Assembly (NCBI GenBank): GCA_038065455.1
Contig: JBBTQX010000009.1
Coordinates: 1 to 52,425, forward strand
Length of the DNA stretch: 52,425 bases
Reading direction: 5' to 3'
From: Patescibacteria group bacterium
GTDB taxonomy: Bacteria; Patescibacteriota; Minisyncoccia; UBA6257; GWB1-50-10
This document shows positions 25,844 to 35,615 of this stretch, piece after piece; within the stretch, counting starts at the first letter, position 1, and each line of letters opens with the position of its first letter. Under the pieces are notes generated by a model. It saw only the letters and a list, made by a program, of their open reading frames with translations. It did not search any database and was not told the origin of the DNA. The position numbers and the translations under genes are program-made.

Positions 25844-25966
25844 GTTAGGGGTTTTATTAATAGTGAAATTGCTTTATTCTAGATGACAGGCGGGTGGATT
25901 GAGCACTCACACAACAATTAAAAAATTGGAGGTCACCGCCACCCGCCTACCTCCAAAACTCCATAT

Positions 25967-28504
25967 ATGGCTTCATTTTTATCGAAAATATTTCCCAATG
26001 CCGCTCTTTCGGGCTACCAGAAAAAGGTGGCTCTTATAAACTCGCTCGAATCCGAAATCCAAAAACTGTCCAATGAGGAGATTTTGGGAGAATCCCGGAA
26101 GCTGGGCGAAGAGGCCAGGAATGGCGCTGATTTGAACGAAATCCTGCCGCGCGCTTTTGCGCTCGTACGGGAAACGGGCAAACGAGTTTTGAATCAAAGG
26201 CATTTTGACGTCCAGCTTATAGGCGGTATGGCGCTTCACGACGGCAAAATCGCCGAGATGATGACCGGCGAGGGCAAGACGCTCGCCGCCACGCTCCCGG
26301 CCTATCTGAACGGCTTGACCGGCAAAGGCGCGCACGTCGTTACCGTGAACGACTATCTCGCGAAGCGCGACGCCGTCTGGATGGGTCAGATTTATCACGC
26401 CCTGGGACTTACCGTTTCCTGCCTGCTCCACGACGCGGCTTATCGCTATGACCCGTCATTCGAAGCCGATTCCGAAGCCGACAAGGAGCGGGATATGTTC
26501 GGCAATTTTAAAGTCGTCGAAAAATTCCTCCGGCCGATAACCAGGAAGGAGGCCTACGCCTGCGATATCACCTACGGCACAAACCATGAATTCGGCTTCG
26601 ATTTCCTGCGCGATAATCTTTCGAGCAGAATGGAAGACCGCGTTCAGCGCCAATATAATTTCGTCATCATCGACGAGGTGGACAGTATTCTGATAGACGA
26701 AGCGCGCACGCCTTTGATTATCGCCGCGCCCGACACCCAAGCCAGCGAATTCTATAAAACTTTTGCCAAGGTGGCGGAAAAACTCGAACCGGAAATCGAC
26801 TATATGACGGACGAAAAAATGAAAGCGGTTAACATCACCGAGTCCGGCATCGATAAAATGGAAAAAATGACGGGCATCCAGAATATCTATGCTCCCGAAA
26901 ATCTGCGCCTTGTCCATTTCCTCCAGGAGAGCCTCAAGGCCAAAGCGCTCTTCAAGTTGGACCGCGATTATATCGTCCAGAACGGGGAAGTGGTTATCGT
27001 GGACGAATTCACGGGCCGGATGCTTTTCGGCCGCCGGTATTCGGGCGGCTTGCACCAAGCCATCGAAGCCAAGGAAGGCGTTCAGGTGAAAGACGAAAAT
27101 CGCACCTACGCCCAGGTGACCATCCAAAATTATTTCCGCCTTTATAAAAAAATCGCCGGTATGACCGGCACAGCCCAGACCTCCGCCGAGGAGTTCCATA
27201 AGGTTTATAATCTCGATGTGATAAGCATCCCGCCCAACCGGCCGATGATCCGCGAAGATATGGCCGATATGATTTACAAAACGAAAGACGGAAAATACAA
27301 AGCAGCGGTGGAAGATATTAAAGTCCAGAGGGAAAAAGGGCGGCCGATTCTGGTCGGTACGACTTCCATCGTGAACAACGAAATAATTTCCGAATATCTG
27401 CGGAAGGCCGGCATATCCCACGAAGTCTTGAACGCCAAAAATCATGAGCGCGAGGGCGCCATTATCGCTCAAGCCGGCCGAGCCGGTTCGGTCACGGTCG
27501 CGACCAATATGGCCGGCCGCGGCGTGGACATCGTGCTGGGCGGGAATCCCTCGACTCCCGAAGAAGCCCAGAAAGTAAAGGATGCGGGCGGGCTTTATGT
27601 GATGGGCACCGAGCGGCACGAAGCGCGGCGCATAGACAACCAATTGCGCGGGCGTTCCGGCCGGCAGGGCGACCCCGGCTCCACCCAATTTTTTCTATCA
27701 TTGGAAGACGATTTATTGAGAATATTCGGCGGCGACCGGATAAAGAGTTTGATGGAAACTTTGAAATATCCGGAGGATATGCCGATCCAGTCGGGCGTCG
27801 TCGCCAAGGTGGTGAACCAGGCACAGGCAAAAGTGGAGGGCGCGAACTTCGACATCCGCAAGCATCTTTTGGATTTCGACGATGTGCTTAACAAACAAAG
27901 GACAGCCATCTACGGGCGACGGAGAAAAATATTGGAAGCGGGAGAAAAGAACGAAATTTTGCCGATACTGAAAGAAACGCTGGAACATTTCGCGGCAGAT
28001 TACAAAACCGGCCTGGAAAATGAAATCCAAACGAATCCCGAAAAGCGGGAGGAGTTGGAAAAGCAGATTTCGCATTTGGACGAACACTTGGCGAAGATTC
28101 CGACGGCGCTTGAACCGGAAAGAGCCGTCATTATCGGCCGGCATCTCACGCGCATAATGGATACGCTTTGGATAGACCATTTGGAAAATCTGGAACAGCT
28201 CCGCGAATCCGTGAATATCCGCGCCTACGGCCAGCACGAACCGCTTGTGGAATACCGCCGCGAGGCCCATATGCTTTATAGGCAATTCCAAAACGCCTTT
28301 GAATCACTTACTTTCAACACCATCTTCGCCATCTTCCAATTGGATTTGAATAACATCCAATCCCAATTGGAACAGAGCCAGAAACAGGCTCCGCCCCCGC
28401 CGGAACACAAAGACATCGGCCGCAACGACCCCTGCTGGTGCGGAGCGAAAAAATCGGACGGAACTCCGATAAAGTACAAACATTGCCACGGAAAAAATGC
28501 TTAA
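25967..28504 (+). CDS. secA: Preprotein translocase ATPase SecA
   Basis: EMMTGEGKT, VTVNDYLA, DEVDSILIDEARTPL, TNMAGRG, RRIDNQLRGRSGRQGD, SEC-C GRNDPCWCG...KHCHG. Confidence 0.98.
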   Translation: MASFLSKIFPNAALSGYQKKVALINSLESEIQKLSNEEILGESRKLGEEARNGADLNEILPRAFALVRETGKRVLNQRHFDVQLIGGMALHDGKIAEMMTGEGKTLAATLPAYLNGLTGKGAHVVTVNDYLAKRDAVWMGQIYHALGLTVSCLLHDAAYRYDPSFEADSEADKERDMFGNFKVVEKFLRPITRKEAYACDITYGTNHEFGFDFLRDNLSSRMEDRVQRQYNFVIIDEVDSILIDEARTPLIIAAPDTQASEFYKTFAKVAEKLEPEIDYMTDEKMKAVNITESGIDKMEKMTGIQNIYAPENLRLVHFLQESLKAKALFKLDRDYIVQNGEVVIVDEFTGRMLFGRRYSGGLHQAIEAKEGVQVKDENRTYAQVTIQNYFRLYKKIAGMTGTAQTSAEEFHKVYNLDVISIPPNRPMIREDMADMIYKTKDGKYKAAVEDIKVQREKGRPILVGTTSIVNNEIISEYLRKAGISHEVLNAKNHEREGAIIAQAGRAGSVTVATNMAGRGVDIVLGGNPSTPEEAQKVKDAGGLYVMGTERHEARRIDNQLRGRSGRQGDPGSTQFFLSLEDDLLRIFGGDRIKSLMETLKYPEDMPIQSGVVAKVVNQAQAKVEGANFDIRKHLLDFDDVLNKQRTAIYGRRRKILEAGEKNEILPILKETLEHFAADYKTGLENEIQTNPEKREELEKQISHLDEHLAKIPTALEPERAVIIGRHLTRIMDTLWIDHLENLEQLRESVNIRAYGQHEPLVEYRREAHMLYRQFQNAFESLTFNTIFAIFQLDLNNIQSQLEQSQKQAPPPPEHKDIGRNDPCWCGAKKSDGTPIKYKHCHGKNA

Positions 28505-28518
28505 TTATTATAATTTGA

Positions 28519-28830
28519 TTACCCCGATTGGCGGCTGGACAAAGAAGGCGCCTGGCTCCGCCTGCGCGACGAAGGGGTCGGTCGGGGAATCGGTTTTTTA
28601 AAGCCGTGTTTTATAGCAACGACCGATTTTTTGGCCAGTCCGGATCTTTTACTGGTATCACGCAAACTCTTTCCTTGGTCCAGCCAATAAAGCGCAAATA
28701 ATCTCTTTTCTAGAATAGCAATTTCGGTTTCCGTCAGAAATTTTTTGGCGTTTTGCTCACGCCAAAAAACAGCCCAAATCTTTTCACGGATTCCATTATT
28801 AACGATATTTCTTTTGGCGATATTGGACAT
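28519..28830 (-). CDS. TrpR/YerC-like HTH protein
   Basis: FLTETEIAILEKRL...LDQGKSLRDTSKRSGLAKKSV matches the Trp-repressor family pattern. Confidence 0.7.
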   Translation of the reverse strand: MSNIAKRNIVNNGIREKIWAVFWREQNAKKFLTETEIAILEKRLFALYWLDQGKSLRDTSKRSGLAKKSVVAIKHGFKKPIPRPTPSSRRRSQAPSLSSRQSG

Positions 28831-28908
28831 ATGGTGGTGTCTTTAAGTATACCACCTTGCCTCCGAAAATCCGAGGCAATATAATGACGTTGGTAATAAA
28901 AACGGCTA

Positions 28909-29877
28909 ATGACAAGGAAAAGCATCATTATAATCGTTTCTCCGATTGTCGTAATCGGCGGGCTGTATTATTTGTTTTTTTCGGCGCCGGGGGGGAATAG
29001 CGAACCGGAAAGATTCGTGGTGCCGCTTAACGCCACCCGCTCCCAGACTATAAAATCGCTCTCCGACCAGAGATTCATAAAAACCTCGCTTGGTGTGAAT
29101 ATTGCCCTTCTGACGCGCGGGAAATTCGGCACGATTGCGCCGGGCGGATACAAAATATCCAAGAATCAAAATGCTTTTCAAACCGCCGGAATTTTAACCA
29201 AAGAGCCGTATATGAAATGGGCGGTGATTCCGGAAGGGGAAAGGAAGGAACAGATTGCGAACCAGCTTTCAAAGATACTCGGCTGGAACAACGAAACGAA
29301 AAATGAATTTTTGAACGGCTATATGAAAATCGGGCAGGATTATAAGGAAGGGGTTTATTTTCCCGACACTTATCTTCTGCCCAAGGACGAAACGGGGGAG
29401 GAAATCGCGCTCCGCTTCATTGCCCATTTCCAAAACAAGTTCGGCCCGCTTTATCCCCAATTCACGAAAGATAATGTCAGGTGGCCGACGGCCATAAAAA
29501 TCGCCTCGCTTATCGAGCGGGAAGCGGGCAAGAACGAAGAAATGCCGCTTGTGGCGGGAATTATCTGGAACCGCCTGCTTCAGGGAATGCCTTTGGCGAT
29601 AGATGCGACGATTCAATACGCGAAAGGGAATGCGGAAAATGGCTGGTGGACGCCGCTTGTAAAAGGCGATACCAAATTAGATTCCTTATATAACACATAT
29701 TTTTACAAAGGCCTGCCGCCCACACCCATTTCTAATCCAGGCCTGCCGGCAATCGAGGCGGTGCTAAAACCGGAAAAAACCTCTTGCTTGTATTATCTCC
29801 ACGATAATGACGGTATAATCCATTGCTCGAAGACCTATGCCGAACACCAGGCGAATATCGAAAAATATTTGAAATGA
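28909..29877 (+). CDS. mltG: Endolytic transglycosylase MltG
   Basis: TM, IPEG, EGVYFPDTY, ASLIEREA, NRL..GMPLAIDATIQY, YNTY..GLPPTPISNPG. Confidence 0.94.
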   Translation: MTRKSIIIIVSPIVVIGGLYYLFFSAPGGNSEPERFVVPLNATRSQTIKSLSDQRFIKTSLGVNIALLTRGKFGTIAPGGYKISKNQNAFQTAGILTKEPYMKWAVIPEGERKEQIANQLSKILGWNNETKNEFLNGYMKIGQDYKEGVYFPDTYLLPKDETGEEIALRFIAHFQNKFGPLYPQFTKDNVRWPTAIKIASLIEREAGKNEEMPLVAGIIWNRLLQGMPLAIDATIQYAKGNAENGWWTPLVKGDTKLDSLYNTYFYKGLPPTPISNPGLPAIEAVLKPEKTSCLYYLHDNDGIIHCSKTYAEHQANIEKYLK

Positions 29878-30548
29878 ACGGCAATCTGTTTATCGTCGCG
29901 ACGCCAATCGGCAATTTGAAGGACATTACTTTGCGGGCGATTGAAACGCTCAAAAGCGCCAATTTGATACTCGCCGAAGATACGCGCGTAACCAAAAAAC
30001 TTCTCGACCGATTTGAAATTTCTAAACCGGTCTGGCGATACGACGAGTACGCCAATAAAATCCTTTACAATAAAATCAGCGAAATGCTTTCGGAGGGGAA
30101 GGATATCGCCCTCGTGACGGATGCCGGCACCCCCGCCATTGCCGATCCGTGTTCAAAACTCACGGCTTTCATCAGAAAAGAAATGCCGGAAACGAAGATA
30201 ATCCCGATCCCGGGACCGTCGGCCATTATTACCGTGCTTTCGGCTTCCGGCTTGAACGCGGACCAATTCACATTCCTGGGATATCCGCCCCACAAGAAGG
30301 GAAGACAAACGTTTTTCAGGGAGTTGAAGGAAATTAAAGTTCGGCCGATAGTTTTTTACGAATCTCCCCACCGGGCGGAAAAAGCCTTTAAAGCTATTGA
30401 AGAAACTTTCGGAAGTGAAACGGATATAGTCGTGGGACGCGAACTTACGAAAATCCACGAGGAGATTTGGCACGGCACCGCGAAAGAAGCTCAGAACTAT
30501 TTCAAAGGCGAAAAAAAGAAAGGCGAATTCGCGGTTATAATTCCATAA
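29874..30548 (+). CDS. rsmI: 16S rRNA C1402 2'-O-methyltransferase
   Basis: VATPIGNLKDIT, AEDTR, TDAGTPAIADP, PIPGPSA, YESPHR, RELTKIHEE. Confidence 0.96.
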   Translation: MNGNLFIVATPIGNLKDITLRAIETLKSANLILAEDTRVTKKLLDRFEISKPVWRYDEYANKILYNKISEMLSEGKDIALVTDAGTPAIADPCSKLTAFIRKEMPETKIIPIPGPSAIITVLSASGLNADQFTFLGYPPHKKGRQTFFRELKEIKVRPIVFYESPHRAEKAFKAIEETFGSETDIVVGRELTKIHEEIWHGTAKEAQNYFKGEKKKGEFAVIIP

Positions 30549-30625
30549 ACGCTGATATATTAATTCTTGGTGCTATAGTTGACGATAGCACCCAAACGAC
30601 GGCTGATGATTAGATTTTAATACAA

Positions 30626-31216
30626 ATGATAAAAAGGATTTTGGATATTATTGCTTCCGTCTGCGGGCTGGTTTTTATCCTGCCTTTCACGCCGTTTATA
30701 GCCCTGGCGATTTACCTTGAAAGCGGAGCACCGGCATTCGTGAAACTGGACCGGGTAAGCGAAGGAAGAGTCATTAAGGCATATAAATTCCGGAGTATGG
30801 TCCAAAATGCCGCCAAGATGAAAGAACAATTGAGGCACCTGAATGAAAGAAAAGATGGACCGCTCTTTAAACTGAAAAACGATCCGCGGCTCACGAGAAC
30901 CGGAAAATTCCTCCGAAAATTAAGATTGGATGAGTTTCCGCAATTCCTGAATGTTTTGAAAGGCGAATTGTCGCTCGTGGGCCCGCGTCCCCACGAGCCG
31001 GAAGAAATGAACCAATATCCGCCGGAATTCAAGAAACTTTATTATGCAAAAGGGGGACTGACAGGACTCTCACAGATAATGGGCGCTTCGCTTCTGCCCT
31101 TTAAAAAAGAATTGGAATACGACTTGTACTATTTGGAATACCAATCGCTTTGGCTGGATTTGAAAATACTCGCGAAAACAATTTGGATATTCTTCTCCGA
31201 CCCGACGGGAGTGTAG
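30626..31216 (+). CDS. Bacterial sugar transferase (priming phosphoglycosyltransferase)
   Basis: KRILD, YKFRSM, DPRLT, LDEFPQ, LSLVGPRP, LTGLSQ. Confidence 0.93.
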   Translation: MIKRILDIIASVCGLVFILPFTPFIALAIYLESGAPAFVKLDRVSEGRVIKAYKFRSMVQNAAKMKEQLRHLNERKDGPLFKLKNDPRLTRTGKFLRKLRLDEFPQFLNVLKGELSLVGPRPHEPEEMNQYPPEFKKLYYAKGGLTGLSQIMGASLLPFKKELEYDLYYLEYQSLWLDLKILAKTIWIFFSDPTGV

Positions 31217-31259
31217 AAAAGAATAGGAAATTCCGGAAACTTAAGATAAAATCAGGGTA

Positions 31260-32363
31260 ATGCGTATTGCCATTACCCACGATTATTTGAACCAGTTCGG
31301 GGGAGCGGAGAGGGTACTGAAAGTGCTTTTGGAAATGTTTCCGACCGCCGACCTCTATACGCTCCTCTATGACAAAGAAAAGACCAACGGGATTTTCGAG
31401 GGCCGGGTGAAAGGCACGAGCTTTTTGGATGTGCCGAGTGTGAAGAATCGGCATCGCGCTTTCATTCCATTAATGCCCTTTGCCGCGGCTTTTTTAAGAC
31501 CAAAAAAAGAATACGATATTCTAATTTCCTCCACCGCCGGTTATGGCAAGGGAATTTCCGTGAAAGCCGATTACCATATCAGTTATTGCCATAGCCCGCT
31601 CCGATATGCCTGGGAGATAGATTATCTCAAGAATCTGCCCTTTTCGCCCTGGCCGCTTTCGCACTACGTTTCGCATCCGATCGCCCGCCTGCTTCGAAAT
31701 TGGGACAAAAAAGCCGCCCAAAAGGTGAATGTGTTCGTGGCAAATTCAGATTTCATCAAAAGCAAAATCAAATCATACTACGGCCGCGATGCCATCACGG
31801 TCTATCCGCCGGTCGACACTGAAACTTTCCATATCGAACCGGAAACCAAACAAAAAGATTATTATCTGATGGTCGGCCGCCTCCTGTATTACAAAGGCTT
31901 CGATCTCGGCATAACGGCTTTCAATCAATTGCGGAAACCTTTGAAGATTGTCGGACGAGGACCGGAATTGGAAAAGCTCAAAAAACTCGCTAAATCCCCC
32001 CTCATTGAATTCATAACTTCCAATCCGAACGACCGCGAACTCCGGAAAATATATAACGAAGCTAAAGCACTTATCTTTCCCCAAATCGAGGATTTCGGAT
32101 TAGTGGCGGCCGAAGCCCAATCCTGCGGACTACCCGTCATCGCTTTCGACCAGGGCGGGGGACGAGAAATAGTGAAAGACAGGAAAACGGGTTTGCTTTT
32201 CAAAGAACAGTCGCCGGAGGCAATCATAAAATCCGTGAAAAATTTTGAAAATTTGCCGTTCAGCCGGGAATCAATCGCCAAATCAGCCGAACGCTTTTCA
32301 AAAGACAATTTCCGGATAAATTTCATCACGGCCGCCGCCCAATCGGGGATAAAGTTGGATTAG
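31260..32363 (+). CDS. Glycosyltransferase, GT4 family
   Basis: HDYLNQFGGAERV, HSPLRYAW, EDFGLVAAEAQSCG. Confidence 0.93.
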   Translation: MRIAITHDYLNQFGGAERVLKVLLEMFPTADLYTLLYDKEKTNGIFEGRVKGTSFLDVPSVKNRHRAFIPLMPFAAAFLRPKKEYDILISSTAGYGKGISVKADYHISYCHSPLRYAWEIDYLKNLPFSPWPLSHYVSHPIARLLRNWDKKAAQKVNVFVANSDFIKSKIKSYYGRDAITVYPPVDTETFHIEPETKQKDYYLMVGRLLYYKGFDLGITAFNQLRKPLKIVGRGPELEKLKKLAKSPLIEFITSNPNDRELRKIYNEAKALIFPQIEDFGLVAAEAQSCGLPVIAFDQGGGREIVKDRKTGLLFKEQSPEAIIKSVKNFENLPFSRESIAKSAERFSKDNFRINFITAAAQSGIKLD

Positions 32364-32365
32364 AC

Positions 32366-33511
32366 ATGCGCACCTTCATCGATATCCGTTCGCTCGACAC
32401 GAAGCAGATGACCGGCGTGCCGGAATACGTCCGCCTGCTCACGGAACATATCCTCAAAGAAGCGCCGCAAGACGAATATGTTTTTTTCGCCAACAGTTGG
32501 GGACGACGGCTCGAGAAAACTGATCTGCTTCAGAAAGAAAGGCGGGATTGGGTGAACTTCGGCATCCCCAATCGGCTTTTTGATATCTCAAACCGCCTTC
32601 TCAATTTTCCCAAAATAGACAAGCTTATTCCCGCCGATGTCTTTTACAGCCCCCATTTCAATATCTTGTCATTCGAAAATCCCAAGAAGCACGTTTTGAC
32701 CATCCACGACATTTCTTTCGTTCATTACCCGGAATTTTTTTCTCCGCGCAAAAAACTCTGGCACTGGCAGCAGAATTGGCAAAAGCAGATAAAAGAGGCC
32801 GGCAGTATAATCACGAATGCCGAATATACCCGCGATGATTTGATATCCACCTTCGAATTGGACGAGAAAAAAGTTAAAAGGATATATGCCGGCGTGGACC
32901 CAACGTATAAAAAGATTCCCAAGAACGATACGGAGCTAATCCGTTTTCGGAATGAAAAAAGCCTCACTAGGCCCTTTCTGCTCTCAATCGGCACGATTGA
33001 ACCGAGAAAGAATATCACCGCCACCATCCGGGCTTTCAACATCCTGAAAAATTCCTCGGCTTTCAAAGATTTGGAGCTTATTATCGTTGGTTCTTACGGC
33101 TGGCTCTATGATAAAATTCTGAAAGAGGCCGATTGTTCGCCTTATCGCAAAAGCATCAGATTTTGGGGCAGGTCAACGCCGAAAGAGAATCACCTTCTTT
33201 ATAATCTGGCTTCGGTATTTGTCTTCCCGTCGTTCCTCGAAGGCATCGGTTTTCCGCCGCTTGAAGCCCAGGCCTGCGGATTGCCCGTCGTCGCTTCCGA
33301 CCGTTCGTCTTTTCCCGAAATGCTAGGGAGTTCCGCGCTTCTCGTCGACCCGTGGAAAATCGGCGAGCTGGCTCTCGCGATAGAAGGAATAATGAAAGAC
33401 GGCAAATTGAGGGGGGAATTGACGGAAAAAGGAATAAGAAACGCGGCGCGCTTCCAGTGGGAAGATGCCGCGAAAGACGTAATCAAGATATTAAAAGAAA
33501 ATAATGGCTAA
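32366..33511 (+). CDS. Glycosyltransferase, GT4 family
   Basis: TIHDIS, GTIEPRKN, FVFPSFLEGIGFPPLEAQACG. Confidence 0.93.
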   Translation: MRTFIDIRSLDTKQMTGVPEYVRLLTEHILKEAPQDEYVFFANSWGRRLEKTDLLQKERRDWVNFGIPNRLFDISNRLLNFPKIDKLIPADVFYSPHFNILSFENPKKHVLTIHDISFVHYPEFFSPRKKLWHWQQNWQKQIKEAGSIITNAEYTRDDLISTFELDEKKVKRIYAGVDPTYKKIPKNDTELIRFRNEKSLTRPFLLSIGTIEPRKNITATIRAFNILKNSSAFKDLELIIVGSYGWLYDKILKEADCSPYRKSIRFWGRSTPKENHLLYNLASVFVFPSFLEGIGFPPLEAQACGLPVVASDRSSFPEMLGSSALLVDPWKIGELALAIEGIMKDGKLRGELTEKGIRNAARFQWEDAAKDVIKILKENNG

Positions 33512-35615
33512 AAAAACCGTTCCCAGAAAAAACATCGAGCCGATCGTTCTGGATATCCGGAAGCCGGATTTCAACTATGGAAGATTGAGAAATTCGGAAA
33601 AACTGAATCTAGCGAAAATGCCGCGTTCGGCTCCGCCCCGCTTTCCCGTTCTCAAAAAAATGCTTCTCGGCCTGCTTTTCGCCGGTCTTTTTTCCATCGT
33701 CGCTTTTCTTCTTGTTGTGATTTTCAATCTGAATTCCGTCAAAGCGACTTTGTCCCAAAGTGGCGGCCGAATAATCGATAATTTTAATTCATCCGCCACG
33801 GCTCTAAAGGATTTCGAGCCAGCCGTGGCCGCGGGATACCTGAAAAATAACGACAAAACGCTTGCCGACATCAATAGCTTGGCGGGCAGTGGCGCCGGAC
33901 GCTCTATTTTGGAAACCATTGGAAACGCCGTGCCGATAGTGAAAAGTGCCTTTGGTTTTCTCGGCCAAGTTACGAATTTGAACCTGACATTCCTTCAAAT
34001 CGCCGGTAACCTTCAAAGTCTGCAATCCAATGGCTTCAAATATTTTCAAGAGGATGGGAATAAACTCGTCGCGCTTCTCGAAGATATTCGGAAACTGGTG
34101 GCGAAGGTAAACGACGAAACCCAGAAGATAAAGAACAACACTTCCGAACTCAAAAATCTTTCGCCGTTTTTCGGCAAAATCGACGACAATATCGGCGACC
34201 AGTATCTGAAATATTCCAGCGAGCTTTATAACTGGGACAACGCGCTTCAAAACTTGATTAATCTTCTTTCGGCATCGGGTGGCCGGCATATCTTGGTCTT
34301 TTTCCAAAATCCTTCGGAAATCCGCCCGGGCGGCGGCTTCATCGGCAGTTATGCCGATATCACTGTGGAAAATGGCCAGATGAAGAATATGGATGTGCGG
34401 GATATCTATGATCCCGACGGCCAACTGGCCATCAAGATAATACCGCCGGAACAGCTCCAAACGGTCACGACCGATTGGGGAGCGCGCGACGCCAATTGGT
34501 TTTTTGATTTTCCTACTTCCGCCAAGACCATCGTGAATTTCCTCGAAATGTCCAAAATGTATTCGGAAAAGAATGTGACATTCGATGCGGCTATCGCTTT
34601 AAACATCGATATTATCGAGACTCTTCTCGGCATTACGGGGCCTATAAAACTTGCCGATTATAATCTTACGATAGACAAAGACAATCTTCTTTATGAAGTC
34701 CAGCATTCGGTTGAAGCCGGCGCGGACAAGAAAGCGGGCGAACCCAAAAAAATCTTGAAGGTGCTCGCGCCTATCCTGCTTCAGAAACTCGGCGAACTGG
34801 CTCCCGAGAAACAAAAAGAACTCTTTGATAGCGTGAAAAAACACGCCGATAAAAAAGATCTGATGGTATATGCCAAAGATCCCGGCCTCGCGGGTTTTCT
34901 CGCGGGAAGCGCGCTCGACGGCTCCGTTTACGGCCTGCCGAACGGCTTTTGGGGAAGCTATCTCGCCGTCGTGAACGCGAATATCGCGGGCGGGAAAAGC
35001 GACGCTTTTATTGCGGAAAACGTTTTCGCGAATCTGGATATGGATACGAATGGGAATGTCTTTACTAATCTGACGGTTACCCGAACCCATAATGGCGACA
35101 AGGAAGTTGACCCGTGGTGGAAAGCGACCAATAAGGATTTTATCCGGATATTCACCGAACCCGGCGCCTCGCTCGTTTCCATTTCGGGCAACGACGCAAA
35201 GCCGAAGTACCAGACGATGAATTACGCGAATTCCAACTATGTGACAAACCCGGATATCGCGGCAATCGAGAAAAGTGAAGTTCTGATAAGTAATTATAAA
35301 ACTTGGTCGCGGCAGGAATCCGGCAAGAACGTTTTCGCCACCTGGCTGATGCTCCCGGCCGGCAAAAGCAAAGCGTTGAATTTGCGCTACCAAACCAAAG
35401 GCGACCCGGCCATCTTCGGGCCCGATCGTGCTTACATTTTTATTTTTGAGAGACAGGCGGGCGTCAAAAATTCACTGGATGTGACGGTGAACGCTCCTTT
35501 CAGATACTATTGGGCGGAGTCGGGGAACTCGGCATTTTCATATCACAGCGATGACCCGGACAAGAGAATAATGCTCACGCTTACCCTGAAAAAACAATCG
35601 GATGAACAATATTAG
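33504..35615 (+). CDS. DUF4012 domain membrane-anchored protein
   Basis: TM, coiled coil, FQNPSEIRPGGGFIGSY, RDANWFFDFP, NANIAGGKSD. Confidence 0.88.
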   Translation: MAKKTVPRKNIEPIVLDIRKPDFNYGRLRNSEKLNLAKMPRSAPPRFPVLKKMLLGLLFAGLFSIVAFLLVVIFNLNSVKATLSQSGGRIIDNFNSSATALKDFEPAVAAGYLKNNDKTLADINSLAGSGAGRSILETIGNAVPIVKSAFGFLGQVTNLNLTFLQIAGNLQSLQSNGFKYFQEDGNKLVALLEDIRKLVAKVNDETQKIKNNTSELKNLSPFFGKIDDNIGDQYLKYSSELYNWDNALQNLINLLSASGGRHILVFFQNPSEIRPGGGFIGSYADITVENGQMKNMDVRDIYDPDGQLAIKIIPPEQLQTVTTDWGARDANWFFDFPTSAKTIVNFLEMSKMYSEKNVTFDAAIALNIDIIETLLGITGPIKLADYNLTIDKDNLLYEVQHSVEAGADKKAGEPKKILKVLAPILLQKLGELAPEKQKELFDSVKKHADKKDLMVYAKDPGLAGFLAGSALDGSVYGLPNGFWGSYLAVVNANIAGGKSDAFIAENVFANLDMDTNGNVFTNLTVTRTHNGDKEVDPWWKATNKDFIRIFTEPGASLVSISGNDAKPKYQTMNYANSNYVTNPDIAAIEKSEVLISNYKTWSRQESGKNVFATWLMLPAGKSKALNLRYQTKGDPAIFGPDRAYIFIFERQAGVKNSLDVTVNAPFRYYWAESGNSAFSYHSDDPDKRIMLTLTLKKQSDEQY

